From: Malacoraja senta | Lineage: Eukaryota | Assembly (NCBI GenBank): GCA_038087875.1 | Contig: JAXLNO010002694.1 | Span: 186,001 to 250,000, forward strand | DNA: 64,000 bases | Reading direction: 5' to 3' | Part shown: one piece after another, positions 36,174 to 48,800 of the stretch | Numbering within the stretch: the stretch's first letter is position 1 | Layout of the letters: each line of letters starts with the position of its first letter | Notes under the pieces: model-generated | The model's input: only the letters and a program-made list of their open reading frames with translations | What the model was told of the DNA's origin: nothing | Database searches by the model: none | Position numbers and translations under genes: made by a program

Positions 36174-36757
36174 GTTCTGAGGGATAAGGGCCAAACGCAA
36201 GCAAATGGGACTAGTTCAGATGGAACATCTTGGCCAGAATGGACGAGATGGGCCGCAGGGCCTGTTACTGTGCTGTATGACTAAGATGAAAACCTCAAAC
36301 ATCAAAATTAAATTCTGAGTAAAATGTAACACAAAGTTGAAACATTGCTAAAAGAGTTTGTAACAAAGTAGCAGAAGACTCAGCAACCAGTCACTACAAT
36401 GGAGGCAACACTAAGCTTGATGAATAGGAAGGAACTGCAAATGATGGTTTAAACTGAAGATAGACACAAACAGCTGGAGTAACTCAGCTGGTCAGGCAAC
36501 ATCTCTGGAGAAAATGAATAGGCGACATTTCGGGTGGAGACCCTTCTTGATGAGGTATACAGCCACTCATCATTGTAACAGGTAGAAGCTTCATCCAGTT
36601 TTCAGATTAGGACCGGATGTTCATCTGGAAAGGAGAAATGAGAAGAGATTGGATCAGAAATGAGAAGAGAGTTTGTCACATCATCGAGTCTTAGTGAAGG
36701 AGTCTATGCGCTCACTCGCCTGTTATCACACCTGGCCTCTCTCCTCATTGCTCCTCT

Positions 36758-36843
36758 TTACAATGCTCCAATGATCATCACAAGCGTAGCCATGAGCACC
36801 AGCATGGAACTAGCTCCAAATGCCTCATGTGACCCACCAACAC
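36758..36843 (-). CDS. Class I-like exon 5: linker and hydrophobic C-terminus ([28 protein letters not shown])
   Basis: CTAAT branch-like site and CAG acceptor (weak pyrimidine tract), phase 1. It is the only hydrophobic candidate exon I found downstream of alpha3 and sits in a unique island between repeats. Confidence 0.6.
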
Positions 36844-39800
36844 CTGCCCAGCAATCAAATATAGTAGACATTAGGTGAAGTACATAGATCATAAGGTCAT
36901 AAGCGATAGGAGCAGAATTAGGCCATTCGGCCCATCAAGTCTACTGCCATGGTTGCTCTATCTCTCCCTCCTAACCCAATTCTCCTGCCTTCTCCCCATA
37001 ACCTCTGAAACCTGTACTAATCAAGAATCTATTTATCTGCCTTAAATATATCCACTGACGGCCTCCACAACCTTCTGTGGCAAAACATTCCTCAGATTTG
37101 CCACCCTCTTTATATGTCTTAGAGTCATACGGCATGGAAAACAGCTACCTTTCCCAACTCTTTGGTATAGTTAGTGTGGTTTATTGTCACGTGTACTGAG
37201 GTAAAGTGAAAACTCATCCTTGCCAACCATGATGTCCCATCTCAGCTAATCCTATTTGTCCATGTATCAGTCCAAGTATCTTAAATGCTGTTATAGTACC
37301 TGCCTCAACTACCTCCCCTGGCATTTCGTTCTATATACCCACCACCCTCAAAGTCCCTCAGCTTCCTATTACATCTTGTCACTCTCACCTTAAACATATA
37401 CCCTCTGGTTCTTGATTCCCCTATCCTGGATAAAAGACTGGGCATTCACCCTATCTATTCTCCTCATGATTTATTCACCTCTATAAGATCACCCCTCAGC
37501 CTCCTGTGCTCTAAGAAGTTCTAGCCTGCCTAACTTCTCCCGATGCTCAAAATATACAAAGAAAAAGCTGGACTAACATCGCGGGTCAGGCAGCATCTCT
37601 GGAGAAAAGGAAAAAGTGATGCTTCGGGTCAAGACCCTAATTCAGATATCCCTATGCTCAGTCTCTTGAGTCCTAGCAACATCCTTGTTTATCTTCTCTG
37701 CGCTTTTTCCATCTTAATGACATCCTTGTTATGGCAGGGTGACTAAACCTGAACACAATACTCCAACTGTGGCCTCACCAACATCTTGTACAAATGTAAC
37801 GTAACATCTCAACTTCTATCCTCAATACTGTCTGATGAAGCCCAATATACCAAAAGCCTTCTTTACTGCCCTAAATACCTAAAGTACTCCCAGATTCCTC
37901 TGCTCTATAACACACTCCAGGGCCATACCAATGATGGCACTGGAGGGGATGCAGGTGAGATTTACAGAGACTGAGTAAATTAGCCATAGAGTCATCCAGA
38001 ACAGAAAAAGGCCCTTTGGCCCAATTCGTTCTTGCTGACCAAGATGACCCAGTTGCCCATGTCAGGAATATTTCAATAGGCTATGGTTCTTTAGTTTATT
38101 TTTAGTTTAGAGATACAGCCATCCGCACATTAACGCTATCCTACACATACACGAGATGCAATTTACAATTTTACACTTAAACCAGCCAATTAATGTACAA
38201 ACTTTTACGTCTTAGGAGTGTGGGAGGAAATCGAAGATCTCGGAGAAAACCCATGCGGTCACGGGGAGAGCGTACAAACTCCATACAGACAACTCCCATA
38301 GTCGGAATCGAACCTGGGTCTCGGGCGCTGTAAGGCAGCAACTCTCCCGCTGCACCACCGTTCCTCTCAGGAAGGTGAGGGTTGGATTAATATGGGACCT
38401 GAACAGAGTAATAGGGAAGACCTACTGTCCTTAATAGAGCAGTCAAAACAAAATGAAAGATTGGATGTGATCGGTAGGATTCGGAGGAGATTGAAACATT
38501 TTCCACAAATGGTGGGAGGGGTCAGGAAATCATTGCCAGTAGAGTGTGATGGAGACAGAAATACTGACCACATTTAAACTGGCTAAATATGTACTTGAAT
38601 TGCCGAGCTATGAACCCAGTGCTCGAAGATGGGATGAATGATAAGATACGATAGAACTTTATTCATCCCAGGAGGGAAATTGATCTGCCAACAGTAATAA
38701 AAACACAAAATATATGAAACATGAAATTAAAGTGACTAGTGGAAAGGATTGAGACTGTGCAAAGATTGGGGAGGGGGGAGGGTGGGGGGGAGTGGAGAGT
38801 CTGTCTCAGTCTACCCCACAACAGAAGAGGTCACAGCCTCAGAATTAAAGGACGTTCTTTTAGGAAGGAGATGAGAAGGAATTTCTTTAGTCAGATGGTG
38901 GTGAATCCGTGGAATTCTTTGCCACATAATGATGTGGAGGCCAAGTCAGTGGATAATTGTATGACAGAGATAGATAGATTCTTGATTAGTAAGGCTGTCA
39001 GGGGTTATGGGGTGAAGGCAGTAGAATGGGATTAGGAGGGAGAGATAGATCAGCCATGATTGAAAGGTGGAGTAGACTTGATGGGCTGAATGGCCTAATT
39101 CTGCTCCTATTACCTATGAAATGAGTATGGGAAGAACTCAGCGGGTCGGTCAGCATCTGTGGAGGGAAATGGACAGGCAATACTTCAAGTCGAAACTCAT
39201 GCTTCGGATTACAGCATCTGAAGTTATTTGTGTCCATTCCCTCCACAAGTGCTGCCTGATCCGCTGAGTTACTCCAGCACATTGTGTTTTGTTCAGGATT
39301 CCGCTGTACTTCCTTGTGTCCGACCCCAAACACCACCTGTTCCATTTCCCTCCACAGCGGCAACCTGACCATCTGAGTCTCTCCAGCGCTTTCTGTTTTG
39401 CTCAACATCCCAGCATTTGGGGTTTCTTGTGTTTGACTGCAAACAAAGGAGATCGTGATGGGCTTCAGGAAGTGAAGAAGCACAGTCTTTTACCCAGAGT
39501 AGGAGAATCAAGAACCAGAGGAGATCAGTTTAAGGTGAGAGGGGAAATATTTAATAGCAATTTGAGGGGCAACTTTTTCCGACAGCAGGTGGTGGTTATG
39601 AAATGAGCTGCCAGAGGGGGTAGTTAGGCAGAAATTATCACAGCTTTTAAAAGACATTTGGATAGGTACGTGGACAGGAAATGTTTAGAGGTATAAGGAC
39701 CAAACATGAGCAGGTGGGGATGGAGTTGCTGGCGCACCTTGGCTGGCATGGGCAAGCTGGACCGAAGGGCCTGTTTCCGTGCTTTATGGTTCTATGACTG

Positions 39801-42800
39801 TAACTGTGGACATGAACAAGGTCTGCTATACATGTTGGACTGTTCTCAAAGCAAGGTTGCTGAAGAAAGGTCTCGACCCGAAACATCACCCATTCTCTCC
39901 AGAGATGCTGCCTGTCCCACTGAGTTACTCCAGCATTTTGTGTCTATCTTCGATTTAAACCAGCATCTGCATTTCCTTCCTACGCAAGGTTGCTCAAGTG
40001 TTACCACAGACCATCCGAGACTAATGATGTTGTAACTATGCCCATATTGTATCTATGTCTTACTGCATGGCAACCAACGCATCTTCCATTCTTACTTCAT
40101 GAACCCTTCCATCCTTTGAACAAAAATAGCTTCCAAGTTGCATCAGACGGGGGATTCCAGTAAAATAGTCAAACTGGTTTTGCAGCTGGCATCAGAACAC
40201 TGATAAAGGATATTTGATCTAGTTACTCTGTTTCTCTTACCACAAATGAAACCTAACCTTCTGAATGTTTGCAGCATATTCTGCTTTTATTTTAGATTTC
40301 CAGCATCTGCAGTTGTATTTAATTGATTTTGAAATCTGTTGAACAGGTACCACCACATGTGTAAGAAAGAACATTGTTGATGTATGTAAGTAACGCCAGG
40401 AAAATACAATGGGATCTTTAAATACAATTTTTGGGCTCCAGAATGAACTAATATAATGGGCAAACTCATTTAGCATACCAGTTTTGAAAAAGTTATCGAT
40501 TTCTAATTTTACTTCGGAGTCACGTGAGTGACTACGTGAAGAACCCCGCCAGTGCGCCTGCGCGTCATTTACGTCAGACGCCTTGTCGCAAACGGACATG
40601 AGGAGCAGAGCTCCTCTAATGGATTTGTAGTTTTTTAACTACAAGGTAAGTAAAAACTTTTTTCAGTATTTTCAGGTCCGTTTACTGTGGGGATTTATTC
40701 CACAGACGCCATGGAAAAAACGGGCAGGGGGAAGAGGCGAGCGACTCAGCCGACAGAAAGTCGGGAAAGTCGGGAGTCAGCGGTTAGCGACCAACCGCCT
40801 CTAACCCCGGTACAATCGCCAGCGGTTAGCATAGCGACTGTGGACCTGGGGCAGTCAACGCCTGTCGGGCGCAAGGCCAAGTTCGAATCGAAACGGGCCA
40901 TGGAGGAGGAGTCCCAGGAAATGGAAATGGAAGAAGCTCCAGGGCTAGATACTGCTTTTAAGCGTATTGCCCAAATGGAAAGCCTGCTACATAGGCTGTT
41001 GGAGCGAAGCACACTCAGGTAAGAGTGTACTGAAATCCAAGCTGCTGGAAGCAGCTCAACAGCTCCTGGTACCGGGCTGATAGAATGCACCCTCAGGGAT
41101 GAGGAGCGTGCCACGGGTCATGAGATTTCAGACCCCGACTCTGATGGTGAGGCTGTACAAGGCGAAGAACGGCAGCTGCTAGATGTTCCACCCCTGGCAG
41201 TACGATTCGCTACCCCGTCAGGGTCAGGAGAGCCATTAGGAGAAGAATTGGCCTCCCTAATAAATTACTTGGTTTCCCATCAGCTGGAACAGCAGGAGAT
41301 GGATGAGAATGCAAGAAAATATGAGTTGAGTATGACTATGAGAACTCAAGAATTGAAATTGCAGAGAATATTAAAGCTGCTGGGTTCTGGAATAACTGCT
41401 TTTGCCAGAATAGCGGATAAAAGCCAAGATATGATGGAGTTGCATCAGGAAGCACTGGGGTTGCTATGCAGCACCCACGTCGAGATTAATTGTCTGAGGA
41501 AAGGTGCTATACGGCCTACTATGAATCCGAAATTCGCAGCACTCTGCAAACCAAGTAATGTACAATTACCCAACTTACTCTTTGGAGAGGATCTCGGGAG
41601 ACGTATTAAAGAGTTGGAAGATGAAGCGAAAACAGGATTGATGAAAACATCAATGGTTGTAAAGTCTGTAAAGAGGAAGTATCCTTTCAGACGTCATACG
41701 GATCCTGGACCAGGACCAAGTCGCTCATTAACGCAGGGACGTAGATGGCGGCCTGCAGCGGGAGCAAGAACCGGTGGGGGTGCTTCCGGGAGAATCCATG
41801 GATCTCAGAGTACTCAAATGACTCAAGAGGTAGGTGGCCCTGGTTCCCATGGGAACATACTAAACCGGATTAAGTCCAAAGGTTGGAGGCAGATTATGTC
41901 TCTTCTATAACAATTGGAAGAAGATTACTTCAGATGTGATAATTCTGAATAGTATACAAGGATTTCAAATTGAATTCAATCCAAATTATGATTTGCCTGT
42001 CCAGCATGTTCCTAGCAGAACTCTCCACTTTGCACAAAAAGAAGTGATGGAGGTTCAAGCTGCATTTCAAACCCTATATATAAAAGGTGTTATTGAAGAA
42101 TCAGTCTACCAAATTCACCAATTTGTGTCAAATATATTCCCTCGATCAAAAAAGGATGGAGGATGTAGGATTATTCTAGACTTGACAAGTCTGAATCCTT
42201 TTGTTTAATTTAAACATTTTAAAAGGGAGACATTTGTGACTGCCAAACCACTTATTTCAGAAGCATGTCATATGGCAACTATAGATTTAAAAGATACATA
42301 TTATTCAGTGTCTGTTTACTCAGAAGATAGGAAGTATCTTAAATTTACATGGATGAACCAGTTATGGCAGTTCAAAGCTTTGCCTAATGGGTTAACGTCC
42401 GCTCCCAGAATATTCACAAAATTGTTAAAACCAATTCTGGGGTTGCTGAGAAGCTAGGGGCATGTACTAATGGCATACTTGGATGATGTCCTGATTATAG
42501 GAAGGACAAAACAGTCAACAGAAGCATCTGTTGCAGTTGTGAAATCAACTTTTGAAAGTTTGGGGTTTCCAATTCATCCAAAGAAATCAAGGTTAACACC
42601 ATGTACCTCGATTGATTATTTGGGGTTCACAATTGATTCAGTCCAAATAAAAATTACTTTGCCCAGTGAAAAAAGGGTGGAGTTGATTAAAGATTGCAGT
42701 AATCTGTTAAACCAGCAAAAACCCTCAATCAGACAGGTGGCTCGAGTACTGGGAAAATTAGTAGCAGCATTCCCAGCAGTCCAATACGGACCATTACATT

Positions 42801-45800
42801 ATCAACAGCTGCAGAGAGTTAAAGAACAGGCACTGAGAATGCATACTGGTCATTTTGATATAACCATGCAACTAACAACAAATGCTGTTTCTGAGTAATG
42901 AGACAGTTAAGCATGTTTTCCTAGAATGTAAAAAGTATAGGGTAGAAAGAAAAGTATTGTTTGTTAGACTGACAGGACTTGGAGTTGAGGCTTTTTCTGT
43001 TTTATCTTTGTTTGGACACAATGAGAAACATCAACTGATATCCAGGGCTGTTCTTCAATTCCTGCAAGTTACAGGACTGTATGTAAGAATTTAGTTCAAA
43101 CTTTGACCTGTGGAGGGCAGTAATACGCTTAGCAGCGTCTACACTGCCGGAATCCTACAAGAAGAAGAAGATGAAGAATGCTGTTTCTGATCTGCAGTGG
43201 TGGATTCTACATGTCTCAAGCAGTTCCAGCAAAGTGCTGATTGAACAACCTTCCATGATATTACAAACTGATGCCAGTGCACTAGGATGGGGTGCAACTG
43301 ACTTAGCATCTAGCTGCGGAGGCAGATGGAATCAGGAAGAGTCATTGTTACTGCAGACATGGGGAGTTCACTATTTGGAGTTTTATGATGTTTCTATGGA
43401 CTCCAAGCTTATTGTTCTAACACAACTAAAAGGCATGTTCAAGTTCAAATTGATAAACACAACAGCAGTTGCCTATATTAATGATATGGGTGGAATCAAG
43501 TCGGGGTCATGTGACAAAATGGCTAATCAACTTTGGTCTGGGTGTATTGAAAAGAACATTTGGATTTCAGCTATCTATCTACCAGGTAGAATGAACACGA
43601 TAGCAGACACCAGGTCACGAAAGTTCCATGATAATAAGAATGGATGTTGAATCGAGAGGTATTCAATGATATAGTAATCAGATTTGGAATGCCCGACATC
43701 GACTTGTTCGCATCTAGACTGAATCATCAACTATCGAGATATGTCTCATGGGAATCAGATCCAGGAGCAGTGGCGATTGATGCTTTCTCGCTACATTGGG
43801 GTGGTATGTTTTCATATATATTTCCACCTTTTTGCCTCATAAGCTGATGTTTGCTTAAAATCAGGCAAGATGCTGCTTCAGGGGTATTGGTAGTACCAGA
43901 TTGGCCTACACAGCCATGGTACCCGTTGATATTAGAATTAACAACACAAATGTTGATGAAAGTCCCAAAAAGGAGTAATTTATTGCTGCACCCTGTAACA
44001 GGGGAACAACATCCATTATATGATCGTTTGGATTTGTTGATTTGCAGGTTTTAAGAAGGCCTTTTCTGGGGCGAGGACTGTCTGAGCGTCCTGTGGACAT
44101 GCTTACGGCAGCCTGGAGGAAGAGCACTCAAAAACAGTACCTTTCTTATATTAAGAAATGGGAAGAGTTCTGTGTACAAAAGAATGTGGAATATAGTACT
44201 GCAGATATTTCAAATGTTTAGAATTTCTGTCATAACTTTATTATGATGAAGGTCTGAGTTGTAGTGCAATTAATCCAGCCAGAAGTGCATTGTCCTCATA
44301 TTTCGTTCTGGATTCAGAAAGAAACTCACGGGTCACACCCACTTGTTTCCAGACTAATGAAAGGAATCTTTAATTCCAAACCACCGAAACCTAGGTACAT
44401 AACAATCTGGGATGTAAGTGTGGTACTGAAACTACTTCGTGAATAGTCACCAAGTGTGTCTTTACTTTTGGCCAAGCTCAGTATGAAAGTAGTCATGCTT
44501 ATGGCATTAGTGACAGCACAACGAGTGCAAACACTTGGAAAATTACAAATAGACAGGATGGAAGTAACTGAAGACAAGGTTACATTCTATATCTATGACC
44601 TACTAAAGCAAAGTAGGCCAGGTGTGACAATGATTTAAAATTGTGCTGGCAGCATATCCAAATGATCCTTGTCTCTGTGTTAAGACATATTTGTTACAAT
44701 ACATGGAGGTCACAAAGAATTTGAGAAATACGGAAACTGGGTTGTTGATCACACACAAGAAACCACACAAGAGAGTTTCAGTACAGACTATTTCCAGATG
44801 GATAAATGAAGTCTTAACAGCTGCTGGTATTAACACTGATGTTTTTACGTCTCACTTGCCTAGGGCAGCAGAAACGTCGGCGGCCAGGGCGAAAGACGTC
44901 CCCTGTCGACCATATCCTCGCAGCCGCCGGGTGGTCCAATGAGTTGATGTTTCAACATTTTTACCATCGGCCTATTGTTAAATGCGGGATTGTTTGCAGA
45001 AACTATTTTAAGTTCTGTGTAAATTCCTCTGGTTTAAAGGGGATCTGATTCATTTCATTATTGAAATGAATTACTGCATTTGTGGTACAAATGTTATTAT
45101 GAATGCATGATTGATTATTCTCGTTCCGAGTCAATCAATGCAGTGAGAAGCCGGGATTGATCTACGGCATGAAATCACAAAGCTTTAAAATCTTCACGTA
45201 GTCACTCACGTGACTCCGAAGTAAAATAGTAAGATTAAACGAGAACTTACCTAAGTTTGAAGTTTGATCTTTATTTATGAGGAGTTACGTAGGTGATTAC
45301 GTGCCCACCACGACCCTACCCTCTATCATAAAGGTCAGATGGAAGTTCTTGTATTACTCGTTTTATTATGAGACTATATTACTTCGGTTGTTGTTTTTTG
45401 TGATTTCACACCGCTGCTTTGAAGATTGACGCGCAGGTGCACTGGAGGGGTTCTTCACGTAATCACCTACGTAACTCCTCATAAAATAAAGATCAAACTT
45501 CAAACTTAGGTAAGTTCTCGTTTAATCTTACTATTCGGCTCTGCTGCAGCTGGTAGAGTCATAGTCGTAGAGCAAAGAAACAGGCCCTTCAGCCCAACTT
45601 GCCTTTGCCAACCAAGATGCCCCATCTACACCCGTCCCACCTGCCCAAGTATGGCACATAACCCTTTCCTACCCATGTGGCTATCTAAAGATCTGTTATG
45701 GCACCTGCCCCCACTACCTCTTCTGGTAGTTCTTTCCATAGAGCTAACATCCTCTGTGTAAAAAAGTTGCTCCTCAATTTCTATTAAATCTCTCTCACCT

Positions 45801-48800
45801 TGGAACCATTTGTTCTTGATTCCCTTACTCTGGTTAAAAGACTATGCATTTGCCTTATCTATTCCCCTCATGATCTTATACACCGCTGTAAGATCACCCC
45901 TCTGAGTCCTGCGCTCTAAGGAATAAAGTCCTAACCTGCCACACCTCTCCCTATAACTCAGGCCCCAAAGTCCTAGCAACATGCTCATCAATCTTCTCAG
46001 TACTCATTCCAGCTTAATGACACCCTTCCTATAGCAGGGTAATGGGGTGGAGCTGCTGTCTCACTGCACCAGAGACCCGGGTTCTATCCTGATACCTGGT
46101 GCCATCTGTGTGGCGTTTGCACATTCATCCTGTGACTGAGTGGGGTTTCTCCGGGTGCTCCGGTTTTGTCGAACACCCCAAAGACATGTGGGATTGCCCC
46201 CAGTGTGTAGGGAGTGGATGAGAAAGTGGGATAACACAGAACCAACGTGAGTGAGTTTAGTTGAGCTTGGCTTAGTGGTGTTTAGTATATTGTCTGAGAT
46301 ACAGTGAATGAAAAGCTTTTTGATGCATGATAAAGTCTGATTAAAGATAGTCCAAGGATTGGAGGAATGAATGATCAGTGGTCAGCGTGGACTGGGTAGG
46401 CAAAGGGCCTGTTTGCATGCTGGATCTGTCAATCAATTAAAAATGTTAAGTGTAAGAATTAACTGCAGATGCTGGTTTACACTGAAGATAGACACAAAAC
46501 GCTAGAGTAACTCAGCGGGTCAGGCAGCATCTCTGGAAAAAGTAATAGGTGATGTTTTGGGTCGAGACACTTCATCAAATTTTTGTCAAAAATATTTCTT
46601 ATTTTTGGGCTGTATATTTGACCGACAGCTCAAAGGAAAGTTAATTCTGGGACTCTAAGGAAAGTCAATGCCGGGAAACAGAGCATCCCATTGTAAGGAC
46701 TCACTGAGCTACCATGTAAATTGCATTCTGCCCCTCCCCAGTAGTTGTAGCCCCAGGCTGAGGAGCAGCAAGGACATTTTATTTCACAATGCACTATCCT
46801 TTTTGAAGATGGGATTTCCCCTTTATCATCCAGGTTCCTTCTGTTTGGCCCAAGCATCAGACTCCGTCTGAAGAAGGGTCTCGACCCATTCCTTCTCTCC
46901 AGAGATGCTGTCTGAGTTACTGCAGCTTTTTGTGTCTATCTTCGGTTTAAACCAGCATCTGCAGTTTCTTCCAGCCCTTTCAACACAGTTGCGGTGGCGC
47001 ATTGGTAGAGTTGCTGCCTTGTAGCGAATGCAGCGCCAGAGACCCAGGTTCGATCCCGATTAAGGGGGCTGTCAGTACAGAGTTTGTACGTTCTCCCCGT
47101 GACCTGTGTAGGTTTTCTCCGAGATCTTCGGTTTCCTCCCACATTCCAAAGACGTACATGTAGGTTAATTGGCTTGGTAAATGTAAAAATTGTCCCTAGT
47201 GGGTGTAGGATAGTATTAATGTGCGGGCATTGCTGGTCGGCGTGGGCCGAAGGGCCTGTTGCCATGCTGTATCTCTAAACTAGATTGCCCACATGTTTCA
47301 TGTGCCATAATGCTCCTGGATTCGAGGGTATTAACTGTAATGAGAGGTTGGACAAACTTGGATTGTTTTCTCTGGAACGTCAGAGGCTGTGTGTAGACAT
47401 GATACCAGTTTCTAAAATTATGACAGACATAGATTTGGTGGAGAGTGAGAATATTTTTTTTTTTCCAGCATGGAAATGACAAAGACTCGAGGGCATATCT
47501 TAAAGGTGAGAGGGACAGGCTTTAAAGGAGATGTGCGGAGCATGTATTTTTTTTTAAACATAGGGGAGTGGTGGGTGCCTGGAATGCACTGCCAGGGGCT
47601 GTGGTGGTGAGGCAGATGTGATAGAGGCATTTAGGAGGCTTTTGTATCAGCACATGGATATGCAGAAAATGGAGCTCTGTGGTTCACATGCAGGCAGAGG
47701 AGTTTAACTGGTATTGTATTGTATATCTTTATTGTCATTTCCTGAGTATTCGCATACCCAGAGGAAACAAAAAAAGGTTCCTCAACCAGTGTCCATTTCA
47801 GTGTGCAGTAAAAAATAAATAGAAGTAAAAATACATATATCATGAACAAATTAACACTCTACTCTACTAAACATCAACAGGCGTTCCGATCGGCAGCGGC
47901 ACGACAGTGGCTCTGCTGCAGTGTGTCCAGGTTGGTGGTTGGTGCACGATACTTTGGCAGGGGACAAAGTCCGTTTATCAGTCTTATAACCTGCGGGAAG
48001 AAGCTGAGGAGCATCCTGCTGGTTTTGCACCTAATGCTCCGGTACCTCTTCCCAGATGGCAGGATGAAGAATATGTGATGCGATGGGTGGTAGGGGTCTT
48101 TGATGATGGAGATGGCTCTGCTGATACATCTCTTCCTGTATATGTCCAGCAGGAAAGGGAGTGGAGCACCAATAATCCTGCTGGCGGTCTTCACAATCCT
48201 GTCTAGTTGGTGCCGTTCGTACGCCTTGCAGCTCCCGAACCAGGAAGTGATGCTGTAGGTTAATGTGCTCTCGATTGTCCCCCTATAAAAAGTTCGTAGG
48301 TGTGTAGTGGGGAGACCTGCTTTACGTAGTCTTCGGAGAGGGTGTAGTCGCTGCTGGACTCTCTTGACCAGTGCTGTGGTGTTGGTCGTGGACGTCAGGT
48401 CATCTGACAGGTGGAGTCCTAGGAACTTCACGCTGTTGACCCTTTCCACATCAGCTCCATCGATGTGCAGAGGTGTATGGTGTTGTTTTCCCGCCCTCCT
48501 GAAGTCAACCACCATCTCCTTAGTTTTTCCCACGTTGAGAATGAGGTTGTGGGATTTGCACCATCCTGTGAGCAGCTCCACCTCCATCCTGTATGCCGAC
48601 TCATCATTGTCACTGATGAGACCCACCACTGTTGTGTCATCAGCGAACTTGTTGATGAAGTTGTTGTTGAGTCTAGCAGTACAGTCGTGTGTTAGCAGAC
48701 TAAACAGCAGGGGGCTTAGGACACAGCCTTGGGGCGAGCCAGTGCTCACGGCTATGGTTTTTGATGTCCTACTGCCCACCCTGACTGTCTGCTGCCGTTG

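Larger units (their letters stand above)
40507..45533 (+). mobile_element. DIRS1-type tyrosine-recombinase retrotransposon with complete termini and disabled ORFs
   Basis: Left ITR 40507-40567 and right ITR 45427-45461 plus extension to 45533. The internal complementary region 45191-45303 matches both ends. gag, RT-RH, methyltransferase and YR domains are present. Confidence 0.92.

Noticed and set aside
40090-40130. Possible micro-exon in intron 4 (aag|GATGGAAGGGTTCATGAA|gtaag)
   Set aside because: In phase 1 it gives an immediate stop, and there is no supporting evidence.
41248-41910. Host gene (LAP2alpha-like) ORF
   Set aside because: It lies inside DIRS termini at the gag position.
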